Assembly: GCA_039545335.1 (NCBI GenBank)
Contig: BCIN01000001.1
Location: 1,981,129 to 2,045,128 of the forward strand
Length of the DNA stretch: 64,000 bases
Direction: 5' to 3'
Source: Kondoa subrosea
Taxonomy: Eukaryota
Part shown: in pieces, positions 48,305 through 60,182 of the stretch
How positions within the stretch are numbered: the first letter of the stretch is position 1
Layout: every line of letters begins with the position of its first letter
Made by a program: the position numbers and the translations under genes
The notes under the pieces: model-generated
Seen by the model: the letters and a program-made list of their open reading frames with translations, nothing else
What the model was told of the DNA's origin: nothing
Databases searched by the model: none

Positions 48305-50759
48305 TCACGAGCGAGAAGCGTTCCATGCATCATTCAATGCCGAAAATACAGCGTTGGCGATCATCCGCTGCTCGACGGTGGTCTTGTTCACATCGAGCTA
48401 TGCACGTATCAGCATTGACTTCACAGCAACACGGGATAGACTGACTTTGTCCGGATGCAGCTTGCCGATAGCTCGCATATACCGTACTTTCAGTTGACCT
48501 TCGCTGATCAGCTCATGCATGCCAACCTTCTTCCACTCCAATTCAGGCCAAAGAACAGTTTCCAAACTAGCTACCAGCGCTCTGATGTTGTTCTCTTTCC
48601 CACCTTTCCAAGACGAAACTCTTTCATCCACTGAATCTTTGAGCGAATCTTTAGTAGCTTCATCCTTTTCAGCAGCTTTTGCTTTCTCCTTTAACTCTTT
48701 TACAGCTTCACCAGATTGTACTACTACCACAGCAACAGGTTTCTTGATCGGTTTAGAAATAGGTTTAATTTGAGGTTTAGGAGCTAAAGCTTTCTTGCAT
48801 CTTGCTAATCCAGCACTGACTACAGCAGAACCACCAGCAGGTCTGACTAAAGCTTCACCAACACCGAGCAGAGTTTCATAATCTTTAATTGCTTCGTTAT
48901 ATTTCTCAGCAGCTTCATAACCTTGAGCTCGGCGAACTAAAGCTTTCCCAAGTTGTTCTTTCAAATTAACACCTTCTTCTACTTCTAACAAAGTGATATC
49001 TAGTGGTTGACCAGCCAAAATAAGATCAATAATAGTTGTAGCATCTTCGATAGCACCACGTTCGTTACCAGTTTTCAATCTTGCATTCGATCGGTTATTC
49101 AGTGCTGGGATAGTAGTCAGGTGGTTTGGAGGTAAAGAAGAAAGTGAACAAGTGTAGGATAGTTCAGCTTCAGCATAACGACCAAGCTTGAAATGCTCGT
49201 TGCCTTGAGTTCGAAGTTGAGTGGCTTTAGTCAAAGCAGAAGGAGAGCAAGGAGTATCATGCCGTTTCAGCTTAGCTTTGGGTTGCGATATTGTTGGAGT
49301 AGGTCTAGGAGAAGGTACAGGTGAAGCATTGGCAGATCTTTGAGGCACAGCTCTTCTAGCAGAAGATTGATAGACTTTCTTTTCTAGCAATTTCGCTTGT
49401 GCAGGAGGTTGCGGTCGGTCAACCTTCTTCGCTTGTGGAACAGGTCGAGGTGGTAATACTTGATCCTCTTCCTCTTCATCGCTTACATCCCTGAAACCTT
49501 CAACTTGTCCAGAACCTCTAGCCATCTCCTGTCTAATTCTCTGACCAGATGGTTTCCTTGCATCCTCATCTTCAACAGCAGGAATAGTGTCAGTCATCCA
49601 TTTCGGTCTTCCATCCATGGTAGCAGTTGAATTCCTTCCGCTCGCTGTAGAAGCAATTCTTTGTTCCTCGATAGCTTTAGCAACTACTTTTTTGCCCGTC
49701 TTCCAATATGAATTTGCTTGTTTGAACAAAGAGGTACCTAATACTGAAGCTTGAGCTAAAAGATCCGCTTCTTTTGGTTCTCCTCCATTAGATTGTGAAG
49801 GTGAAGGTTTCCGTTGTGGTTTCGATGGAAGAACTTCCTCGTCCTCTTCATTTTTCCGGGACCGCGAATGAGAGGAAGAAGAAGAAGAAGTCAAAAGGGA
49901 ATCAGCAGCAGCTTCGACATTCCATCGACCGGTATAAGTGGTCAATAGAGCTTGCTTGGAAGAAGGAATCGAGAAGCCCAATTCAACGAGTTGACCTAAG
50001 ATATGAGGAGGAGGTGAGTTAGGTCTTGAGCTATTTCGAGCTAAAGGTTTATTCCGGGAAGAAGAAGAAGATTGGGTTGAAGAGAGGGTATTGAGTAGAT
50101 CTTGTGCTTCTCGTTTTATCCGTTCTGAATCTTGATCTGATAATAAAGAGGCTTCTTCTTCTTCATCTAGCTTAATACCAGATGTATGAGATTGAGATTT
50201 AGGTGGTACAGCGTCAAAAGCCAATACAAAGTCATCTGCATTTGAAAAAGCAGGGACAGGAGCTGGACTCTTCTGTCTTTGCGTATTCGAGATGATGGAA
50301 GGACTCGGGATAGCGGAAGTAGAGGCCTTAGAAGTATTGCTGGATAAGAGGTCAAAGTCCCAAGGATCTGAGGAAGTCAATTGCACAGGACTGGAATTCC
50401 TCGTCGTGGGTAAAGGTGAGAGCCTTCCTCTGCATTCGTGAATGAGATCATACGCGTGTATTGAATAATAAGAAGATGACCTGCCCTGTGTTTATGCGAG
50501 CTGACATTGGCAGATCTTTGGATTGAGCAGGCTTAGAATCACCAAATAATGAGCTGAAAGCATCATTGCTGTTGCTAGAAACATTGCTAGGGGCAGGTTT
50601 AGCAACCGTTTGAGGTGCTAAGATTGGAGTTGTGTAGCTTGATGAAGCACCGCTTGCACTTGAAGCAGCCAGATAATCAAAGGCGCTTTTTCCCTTGTTT
50701 CCATACTGTTGCTGCCCTGTATTGCTGGACGAGAAGTCGAGACTGAGCAGGTCGTCCAT
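48305..50759 (-). CDS. SWA2: Auxilin-like clathrin-uncoating factor (UBA, TPR, J domain)
   Basis: DLL motifs, UBA (QLVELGFS), TPR (RTQGNEHFKLGRYAEA..NNRS) and J domain (WKGGKENNIRALVASL..LHPDK). Confidence 0.9.
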
Positions 50760-50827
50760 GTCCAAGTGAAACAAGATTCAAGAATTGACGCTTGACCTCC
50801 CACAGTCACTCCAGTACTTGTCCCGAT

Positions 50828-51565
50828 ATGTCTATAGCTGTGCTAAGAAGGACTGGATCGATACGGCCTGCTTATTCATGGCAACAGCAAAGGCAAACAA
50901 GAGCTTTCTTCTCGTTTCCATCGAACACACCAAATGGAGTGACGAAGAAAGGCTCCTTGAATGTCTATTCAGAGCGCAAAGTACTTCCGTATGCTGTCCC
51001 CATCAAATGCAGTTGATGGTATTCAAAGCTGAATGCGATGGAATTAGATAGCTATACGCCTCAAGAACTTTACAAGATCGTAGCTGATATCGATGCTTAT
51101 TCTTCTTTTATTCCTTATCTCTCTTCATCTAAAGTCATCTCTCCTTCTTCTTCTTCTTCGAATGATACGTGGCTAGAAGGCGGATCAAAAGGAGAATCGC
51201 ATGATTTGAAAGCGAAGTTGACGGTCGCGTTTGGTGCGATCGAGCAGAGTTATGTCAGTGATGTGAAATGTCGCAAATGGGATACAGTATCAGTCAGTCA
51301 AGACGCTGTCCTTCATGAGTCTATTCTCATACGGGTGCACCAAAACTGGCAGGCTACTTCTCAAGCTCCGGACCTCTTCAAACATCTTTCAACTACATGG
51401 AAACTCTCACCCAAATCTCCAACATCAACAGAAGTAGCTTTTGATCTGAGCTATGAGTTCGCTAACCCATTATTGGAAATGGCTTCCTCTGGCGTTTTCG
51501 CAAAAGTCAGTTCTAAAGTAATGCAGCGCTTCGAGGACCGGTGTAGAGATGTATACAAGCGATAA
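50828..51565 (+). CDS. COQ10: Coenzyme Q-binding START-domain protein
   Basis: Presequence, YSERKVLP|YTPQELYKIVADIDAYSSFIPY, LTVAFG..SYVSDV, LFKHLSTTW, FEDRC. Confidence 0.92.
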
Positions 51566-51620
51566 TAGAAACCATACTAGATTCCGTTTCACTTGACTAT
51601 GCGCTTGACCTTATTACACC

Positions 51621-52004
51621 ATGTCTAAAGAAACGAAACCTACAGATCAGATAGCTGCGACTCAAGAGTCTATAGAGACATTGTCTGCGCTCTTGGAGTC
51701 AATTAAAGCAGGCAGCAGCTCAACGGAAGAGGATTTCGATGTGAAGAGTTTACCATCATTGTTAGCCAAGCTGGAACAAGCGGATAAAGCTGCAGATGGA
51801 CTTGAAGGTAGACTGGATAATCTGTTAGCTGAATTGGATGAGCTGTTGGAGGGCTTAGAAGGACAGCAGACGAGTAATGAGTCGAATATCAAAGTCAGTG
51901 CTGAAGTCATTCGGGTTGACACAGGGCTCATCTAGCTCTACCAGGCAAAGGAAACAGAGGAGAATGCCAGTGCGACGAACAAGCCGAAAGACGAGACCAG
52001 CTAG
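51621..52004 (+). CDS. Small acidic helical/coiled-coil hypothetical protein
   Basis: LLAKLEQADKAADGLEGRLDNLLAELDELL; a probable GTCAGT intron at 51894 leads to ..KPKDETS*. Confidence 0.65.
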
Positions 52005-53319
52005 CCAATAGGCTTCAATGCAATCTGCCTCAACTTCACTCCAGCTTCTGTAAATACCCTTGCTGAACTAGCATCCATAGCATAACTCTTGCTGTATACC
52101 ACTTCTGCGATTCCACACTGAACAATCTTGACCGTACATCTTAAACAAGGGCATCTATTTCATCCTGCTTCTCAGGCGATCTCTCGGCAACGCAAACAAG
52201 ACAAACTTACGTGTTGCAAAACAAGGTGGCTCCTTCACTTCTTCCACGCCCGGCTTCAAGCAGCGCATTTTCCTTTACATCCTGAATCAGTTGGTGATAT
52301 TCATGTTCAACGAGCATGGACATACCTCAGCATGCAAGCACAAGCATTCTTCCATTCCTTCTCCACTTCTCACTACTCCTTTCGCACCAGTAGAATTACA
52401 TCGACTGCAACCTCCTTGAGCGCAATTGGTCATTCCTCTTGGTGTACCATTATAACCGGTTGAAATGACTGATTTGAAAGGAGATATCAAAACTGCTCCA
52501 ACTCTTCTTTTCATACAGTTCGATCTATTAATCAACAACATCACTCAGAAAAGCTGGAATGGCAGCAGGAAATGGAAAAACAAACCGTAATGAAGCAAGT
52601 TCTGCAAGAGTCATGAAATAGTTTTCCCAATCTGGTCGAACTCTTTTCTCGTCACTTAATTTCAACTCCTTGATGTGGATTTTCAACTCTTCAATACTAT
52701 TGAACAAAGCTGGTCGGATAATCAGATTGGCTAGAGGTAAGAGATCTTTTAAAGCTGTTCTTTCGGTGATTGTAGAAGAAGAGGAAGAAGCAGAGCGAGA
52801 CATTGGTGGTGAAGGAGCTGGATGTGGTAGCGGTAATGGATGGGAAGGGAGTTGTAAAGTGTTGGAAGAGAAGTAAGGTGTTTGTTGAGGTTTTGGTTGG
52901 CCGAAATGAAGGAGATCATCTTCCTGCATGAACGCTTCGAGATTGGGAACAGGTTGGGAAGTCTTCTTAGCTCTACTTTATCGGTCAGCAGATGAACGAA
53001 GAGAAAGTGTTTGGGAAGAGACGGACTGTTCGCATGCTCTTGCGTATCTCCAGCCTAATGGTGCTTCAACATTGACGAGCAGAGTGAAGGGTCGTTTCCT
53101 GAATGCATCTATCTCTTTTCGCGTTACTAGATCCGTGCAAACGAAATGCGTTCTCCAATTCAATGTAGCATAATCCAAGAAGTCAGCTGAAGTAGCGAAA
53201 GTAGTAGTACTGTTGCTGCTGGAGTTGATATGACAGCGTGTGTAACCTTCTTCATCTACCAAGCAGTCTGCTATAGTGCTTTTGGCGCTACAACGCGGAC
53301 CGAGAAGAATCACTAGCAT
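52001..53319 (-). CDS. DCD1: dCMP deaminase with an N-terminal P-loop-like domain
   Basis: RPDWENYFMTLAELASL|RSNCMKRRVGAV, STGYNGTP, CLCLHAE|ENAL, CPCLRC. Confidence 0.95.
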
Positions 53320-53388
53320 GGCTACTTGTGATCAATAGTAAATTTTGGACTTCACATAAACAGCCAAAGTCTGATACGTTACGAGGCC

Positions 53389-55104
53389 ATGGTCAGCTTA
53401 GGCGCAGCTATTCAGTGACATACCGCTCAGAGGGACACGCGTAAATAGGCCAGAAGTACTCATAACCCAAGATTACAGCGCTTGACAGATGGATTATGCT
53501 TGAAATTGCGAAGAAGGTGGGACTGCACTCTGAAAACAAGTCTAGGCCCGTTTTTCATGTGAGTAACCACAGACAAATACTTGGATCAAGAGCTGTTGCA
53601 AGAGAAACTATTTCGCTCCTCATTGCTGCAGTCGATATTTGGACAGAAGAGTCTTGTTGGTCAGACTTTGAGTCACTACTGGACAGTGTGGAATCTCTAG
53701 GGAGACTCTTGGAAGATTCTGGGCCCAAAGGTTAGCATATGACTCGTTTGCGTGAATGTTCAAACTCATTACATTGGCAGAGCTGGTCATTGGTAACATC
53801 GTCAGAAGAGTGCTCAAGTTCTTGAAAGAGGAATACAACACAGCTTTACAAGCAACCCTGCAACCTACAGATTCAGGACCTTCTTCATTAGCTCAAACTC
53901 CGGGCCCAATTGGCTACCAAACTGAAGCTCCCGATTTCTTTGCTCATGCTTCTTCTGCTTTGAGGCGGCAACAATCTTCTTCCATACCACAATCGCCTAT
54001 ATCTCGAAACAGTTCAACTTCTTCACCACCACCTACCTTTTCTTCGTTGCAACAACATCATACACCTACCATCTTTGATCTGCTAGGTCATAAAGGTCCA
54101 GTCAATCACATACAGCAAGATGAATTCCATTTAGCAGCATCCATGTCTTCTATGTCAGCCTTCAATACTCCTTCTATGTCTCCAGCTCTTTCAAGGGTCT
54201 CTTCTTCCGCTTATCTGAAGGGATTGACTAAATTATCGAATGCCGGCGAAATCAATGCCGAGGAAGAATTCAGCAGAAGAGCGTATAGACTGAAAAGATT
54301 GTTCACGGAAGCGATAAAAGAATTGCTGGATGAAGTGGAAAGCGTTCACACTGATATCGCTCAGCAAGCCTCGGAGCATGTCAATTCTTCGTTCGTAGTC
54401 CTTTTCGTCGTGCTTTTGAAGAGCTAACACGAAGTGGTGGAATGGACAGCGACTTGATCCTTACCATCGGTTATTCAAGAACAGTCGAATCCTTTCTCAA
54501 GGCGGCAGCGCTAAAAAGGAAAATCACAGTATTCGTAGCTGAAACAGCTCCTTCGTTCGTACTCCTTTTCGTCGATATGAACTTGTATTTGAGAACAGGA
54601 TCGTCGAACAGATATCGCGGGCGTACTCTAGCTTTATCTCTTTCTTCAGCAGGCATAGAAACTATCCTCATTCCTGATTCCTCAGTATTCGCGCTTATGT
54701 CAAGAATCACCAAAGTCGTTCTCGGAGCTCATGCAATCCTCGCTGACGGATCCCTGCTTTCCATCTCTGGCGCACTTCCAGTATGTAGAGCCGCCAAAGC
54801 TCATCTAGTACCCGTCATGGTCTGCAGTGGGATGTACAAAGTTTGCCCTATCTTCTTAGGCGAAGAAGCTGGATTGTTGGATGAAGGAAGTCCAAATGAA
54901 GTTTGGCAAGATTGTGAGAATGAAGTAGAAGTCAGGAACCCGTACTATGATCGAGTACCGGGAGATCTGATCAGTTTGCTCATCACCAATAAGTGTGTTG
55001 CGATTTCAATTCATTTGTTGAAGAACGAAGCTAATGTTCTATGTAGCGGAGGATATCCGGCTAGTATGGCATATAGATTGCTAATAGATCTGTATGGTGC
55101 GTAG
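53389..55104 (+). CDS. GCD7: Translation initiation factor eIF2B beta subunit
   Basis: LKLRR|RQILGSRAVARET, ELVIGNIVRRVL, ILTIGYSRTVESFLKAA, IPDSSVFALMSRITKVVLGAHAILADG, NPYYDRVP..LLITN. The first coding exon is just ATG. Confidence 0.93.
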
Positions 55105-55288
55105 AATGGCAATGAAATCCGATGCAAAGCATGTATGGACGGGGCTGCGTAATTACTTCGGCGCCTCTCGTATGTGAAAACTTACTGCCGTGCCTCTTTG
55201 CATTCCTTTGCTTTTCTTTTGCAATCCTATTTGTTCTTCTCTTTACCAATCCCCGTTTCCAAATCTTGAACGCTTAAAGTCGCACACA

Positions 55289-55750
55289 ATGCTTTCCTTC
55301 TTTCTTTTTCTTTTCCTGTCCTGTATCCTTTCTTCAAGACCTTACGTCCAAGCACTTTCTATAACGGCTACCCTCAACGCAGAACCAGCTTGCATTTGGG
55401 AAACTCCTATCCCAGACAACTGTAATGGAACGGCTACTTTTGGCTTTGAGGCAATCAATACGGTCATGTGAGGAGAGAAAGATGTCGGCCATTGAAGTGC
55501 AGGATAAGATCTAGTACAAGACAATCCGCTAATGAGGAAGAAAGTATATACTTGCGGTTATTCACTGCCAGGAGGGTCTAGGTTCGTATGAGGATTCGTT
55601 TAGGCAGAGGAAAGAAGGCGACTCGGCATTCGAATGCGAACGAGGCGAAGCCGGGGCTGGTTGGGCAGAAAGGCTGCATTACAACGGAATTATATAGATG
55701 CCCGATATACACAAAATGCTATGCTCGATGGTCATGCAGACCACAGGTAT
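55289..55750 (+). CDS. Possible small secreted Cys-rich protein (exon structure unresolved)
   Basis: Signal-like MLSFFLFLFLSCILSSRPYVQA, then Cys-containing segments ACIWETPIPDNC, YTCGY and KGCITTELYRCPIYTKCYARWSC; I could not join the frames cleanly. Confidence 0.35.
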
Positions 55751-55859
55751 ATGTCACGCCATCGTGCCTCATCGATAAATCTTTGGATTTGAATCCTTTT
55801 GACCCATGAACACATTCAGCGAGGTTTTTCAAGCTTAGACAACGTATAGACTCACTCTT

Positions 55860-56501
55860 CTATCCTACAAAGCGAAAAGTATCGCTGACTATTTGCATCT
55901 GGTTCGCATCACCCGGGGTCGGACTGAGTACAAAAACTTGGTTGAAGACTCTTGGTAAAGCTTGATATTCCGCTGCGGGCATGTTTGTCACCCTATTTCT
56001 GGATTTCCTGTCAGGGGGATAAGGGAATCGAGGAGCCGGTTTAGCTGGGTCGGATGAATGCAATTGCTGGCCCGAAATAGTGAGAAGCATAGAGGGAAGG
56101 GAGTCGTTGATAGAAGTGCCTGATCATTCGAATGAGCTTATGAATTACGAAGAACACGGGAAGGAATGAACCAGGTATAGGATGAGCATCCATTGACTGT
56201 ATTTCTGTTCGAGAAGGAGGCAGATTGGAAAGGAAAGAAGTCAGATCAGGCTGAGCCAGAAAAGGGTTCCCATTCCAGCTGATCCTAGCATCTGGTGCAT
56301 ACAGAGCTGTGGCCAAATCAGTGAAGGTACTGAGAGAGTGAACAGGCTTACGTGGTATGACTTGCATTCTATTCTCTAAACTGTCCAAAGCATCATAGTA
56401 AATCTTGGTGAACGCTCTTGCATTGAGATTTGTACGTTCCCTGTAGACAGTCTTAGTACTTTTGTGGCATTTTGAAGGCCGGCTCACACTGCGGCCTGCA
56501 T
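55860..56501 (-). CDS. NXT1: NTF2-related export protein
   Basis: MQAAV|ERTNLNARAFTKIYYDALD, LYAPDARISWNGN, LPPSRTEIQSMDAHPIPG, PRVFNQVFVL..IVSDTFRFVG*. Confidence 0.88.
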
Positions 56502-56766
56502 GTTTGTCTCCAAAAGATAAATAGCAAGGTTGCTCTTGAACAATTGAGAGTGAAGGTCACAGTGAATCGCGGAAGATACCTCGTACTGGATACCTGACTG
56601 AAAGAGATACCGACTACATTCCATACCAAGCCAGAAAGGGAAGGACCTGAGACAGTAATCGGGAGTTTGGCTTGAAATTGGCGCTCACTCTTTATTTCTG
56701 CTACAACCCTGATCTCTTGATTCACTCTCTTATCACTCACATACTTTACGATAACCAGCAACAGCA

Positions 56767-58272
56767 ATGACGATCCCCTCTTTGCCTTATGATATTTGGT
56801 TTACAATCATCGGAGAAGCTTACGAGAAGCCTTCCGAGTATCCCGAGCGTATCGCTCTGTTGCGCATTGTGTCTGTTTTGAGTAAGGATTTGAATGGAGT
56901 CGGGTCAGTGTCATTTCAGCCTCAAACGGATAGTGTTGATAGTTGTGGGTATAGTACTAAGCTTCTCTATACATCCGTCCGGTTGGCATCAGTGCCGCAA
57001 TTCAAGCTCTTTACCCGTACTGTGCAAGAGCGAAGAGATCTGGCCGAAACCTGTAGTGAATTATTCATCTATCCCCCTAGAAATCAGACGCCTCACCAAC
57101 TCATCCTGTATCAACCGACCTCCTCCGGTGGCTTCTCTTCGTGCACAATCAATCATACCAATCGCGTCGGGCCGGAAGTTTCTCAAGCCGACTTCTCATC
57201 TCTCTTTGCCAATTTGACTCGCTTGGGAATTCTTCGAATTGCCGGGCAATCTTTCTCCAAAATCCATGCAGCTGTTTGTGGCTCTCCTTTTACTCAAGCA
57301 CTCAATACTCTTCTATTGAGCGACATCTCAATTCCGCACAGTATTCCCCCAGTTCTGCCTTTTGTTGAACTATCACGCGTCTTTCCGAATCTGACCTTCG
57401 TTCAAATCCAAGAGTCAGCTGTAAATCTGCCTAGGGAGAATGTGGAAGTGACTGGAGATATCTTTGGAACAGTCTCACAGGCCATGACTGCACCGAGTCT
57501 GGTACAATGCAGATCCCACCTGAAAACTTTGGACTTGCTGCGTCGCTTCAATTGGGATGAAGATGTTGCCAAATTAGAATTGAGTCACCTGCCTAGATCT
57601 CTAATCGATCTGCGCATTCGTATTCCTTTTGTGTTCTGCGAATGGTTGGTGGTGCACTTGGAACAAACTTGGCCTAATATAAAACGTCTAGAACTGATTC
57701 TTTCCGATAACTCCACACCATCGAGCGAATCAGCTTTGCTCAAGATTCTCGGTCGTTGTCGAGTTCTAGAATATCTGGCTATTTTGACGAAGATCTTACC
57801 GAAGGATTTCTGGACTTCTGTTCCGCCCACGGTCTCCTTCTTTCACCTAGCAGATACAGCCATCAATTCTTGGTCTATGTTGCCCGACCCGCTCTCGAAT
57901 TCAGAGCCTTTTCATCTGAAGCGGATAATTCAATTTCTAGAGTCTCCGGAAAACCTCTCTCACCTCAAGATGTTCGTTTACTCTCCCAATTTAGTAAACT
58001 ACAAAAAGGAGGTTCAGCAAGCGCTTGACGTGGGCAACATCGATGATTGGGAGATTGTTCGAGAGGCTTTGCACGGCGCCATTGATGATTTGGGGTTATT
58101 GAGGGACTGCTGCAGACAAAGGAGTCTCAAGCTCAAGAGTACTGTACGCAAGCAGTTGCAAAGCTACGTTGATGAGATCGAAGAAGCGGTGGAGATATTA
58201 CAGCAAGATCTATCTGAGGAGGACTACTATGACAGCGAAGTGAGCGGTGATTGGATCTTTGAAGAACTCTAG
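56767..58272 (+). CDS. F-box-like / leucine-rich repeat hypothetical protein
   Basis: N-terminal LPYDIWFTII..LLRIVSVLSKDL..LLYTSVRL F-box-like pattern followed by LxxLxL repeats. Confidence 0.65.
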   Translation: MTIPSLPYDIWFTIIGEAYEKPSEYPERIALLRIVSVLSKDLNGVGSVSFQPQTDSVDSCGYSTKLLYTSVRLASVPQFKLFTRTVQERRDLAETCSELFIYPPRNQTPHQLILYQPTSSGGFSSCTINHTNRVGPEVSQADFSSLFANLTRLGILRIAGQSFSKIHAAVCGSPFTQALNTLLLSDISIPHSIPPVLPFVELSRVFPNLTFVQIQESAVNLPRENVEVTGDIFGTVSQAMTAPSLVQCRSHLKTLDLLRRFNWDEDVAKLELSHLPRSLIDLRIRIPFVFCEWLVVHLEQTWPNIKRLELILSDNSTPSSESALLKILGRCRVLEYLAILTKILPKDFWTSVPPTVSFFHLADTAINSWSMLPDPLSNSEPFHLKRIIQFLESPENLSHLKMFVYSPNLVNYKKEVQQALDVGNIDDWEIVREALHGAIDDLGLLRDCCRQRSLKLKSTVRKQLQSYVDEIEEAVEILQQDLSEEDYYDSEVSGDWIFEEL

Positions 58273-58606
58273 CACACCTCATTGCCTAACGCTGCTGGCA
58301 TCCCGACTAATGGGCATCGGTGAACTGTCCGAAGCATTAACATGCAGATTTGTGTACAACTTTGAACGTATAGCGCAATTGAATAGCGTCTCAGTTTGTG
58401 CACAAAGGATAGGGACAGAGAAGAGTTCAGTCACAATAGAAGTCGCTGGGACAATGTCTCGCTCGGTTCGCCATCAATATCAAATACACTATACTCACTT
58501 TGTACATCGCCAACATACCCTCGACCTGTACATGTACATCCCTGCGTGGGACAGATTCTGTTGGGTGACAAGTCGGATGATGTGTAACCCATTCCCGAAA
58601 TTTTCT

Positions 58607-59639
58607 TTAACAAGTATAAGCCCTATCTCGCCGTGGCTGTTGCTGACGAAGCGAGCTGATGTACGAAGGCGGCATAGTAGAAGGTGCAGAAGAAGTAAAT
58701 GATTTTGCTGAAATTGACCAACGAGGATCACAAAGCCTTCCCTTTGATTTTGTTTTCCGATCCCGCAATACGAGAAAGACTGCTAGTAGGAGAGCTGAAA
58801 AGACTAGAGCGCAGCTTGAACATGCTGCTGGAAGTTGGCTTGCAGAAATTTGTGGAGAAAAAGCTGAATCCGCCGTATTTGGTTCAAGCTGTTGAGAAGC
58901 CGTCGTTGGATTTGCGAGAGGTGAGACATGCGAGGAGGTAGATGAAGATAGTGAAGACGGTATAGCAGTGGTCGGCAAGGGCGCGGAAAAGCTATTCTGA
59001 TTTTGGGATTGTGCTGTCGGTCGAGTAGGCACCGGTGCAAGAGAGGGTGCTGAGGCAGAGCTAGAAGCAGGAGCACTCTTGACATTGATACGGAAGCTGC
59101 CCAAAGGTGAAGCCATCTTTGCATCAAAGTAGCATGCTAGAGACATGTCAGCTCATTCTATTCTACGCAACATTCAGCAGAATAGCTTACTATTGAAGTC
59201 ATTCACAATAACAGTCTTTTTCGCCCCAGTACAATCCTTTTGGTCATAAACATCAACCGTCATCTAACAAGTCCGAATTCAGAAGACTGATTCCAGTCAA
59301 GTATTGCAAGAGCTTACGTCTTGAGCCAGATTGGCCATTTTAGGAGTAGTTAATTGGACATTCAGCCCTGACCATTGAGGACCATCGACAACGTAACAGT
59401 TTCCAGCTACAACATCTTGAGTTGTCCCAAAAGTAGTCTGGGCGCAAGAGCTAAACTTCTTATCAATCATTGATGCGACTCTAACAGTCAATGAAAGCTT
59501 ACGGATCATTGGAGAACTGTATTGAGAAATGCGCGCCCATTGAATCCCCGTAAACAATGACCGGTGCTGCCAAAACAGAACGAAAGTAGGCCAAAAGCAA
59601 GCAAACAATGACAGGTTCCAGCCGAGTAGCGGTCAGCAT
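58607..59639 (-). CDS. Type I membrane protein: signal peptide, small Cys domain, Ser/Thr/Pro stalk, TM, cytosolic PPSY (surface-sensor-like)
   Basis: MLTATRLEPVIVCLLLAYFRSVLA; FSNDP|SC..GNCY..YDQKDCTG..CYF; S/T/P-rich stalk; ALVFSALLLAVFLVL-RDRK; PPSY. Confidence 0.7.
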
Positions 59640-60182
59640 CGCTTTATAGGATGATAGTCGAGCCCAAGACTGTGACGAGCAAGAGCAAAGAGAGATAGTC
59701 CCAGTGGGAGTTCAAGAACGGATTAGAAACATGCAGTATTAGAGCCGTTGTCCGTGACAGAAGAAAGCTTCGTTTGCTTCTTGAGCTTCTAGAGTCTGAA
59801 GAGCTGAGCTGAGATGGAGATGAGGTTACACTCGAGGTTCAGCCAGCCGTGAAATGCTGCTGGAAGGAGGGGAATCAGGCCAGACAAGAAGAACAAATCC
59901 AATTCAATTGAAGTCTACAATGCAAGACATTTCACTTGAGGTATTCCAAGCAACGTAAGAGGGTATCACGCATGTACATGCCTGCGATGCATTGTGTTAC
60001 GGCTTGGACGTTTATGTGCTAGATTTGTGAGGAAAGTCGGAGGACTCGGTGCCAGCGCTGCGAAAGTGAAACAGTAGTTCTGGTACGTAGCATTCGGCGT
60101 CTCGAAGACTGCTATTCGCCCGCATTGGTGCAGGACAAAGAGCGAATGTCACATACTGGCTTGACCTTGTTCAGCCAATACA

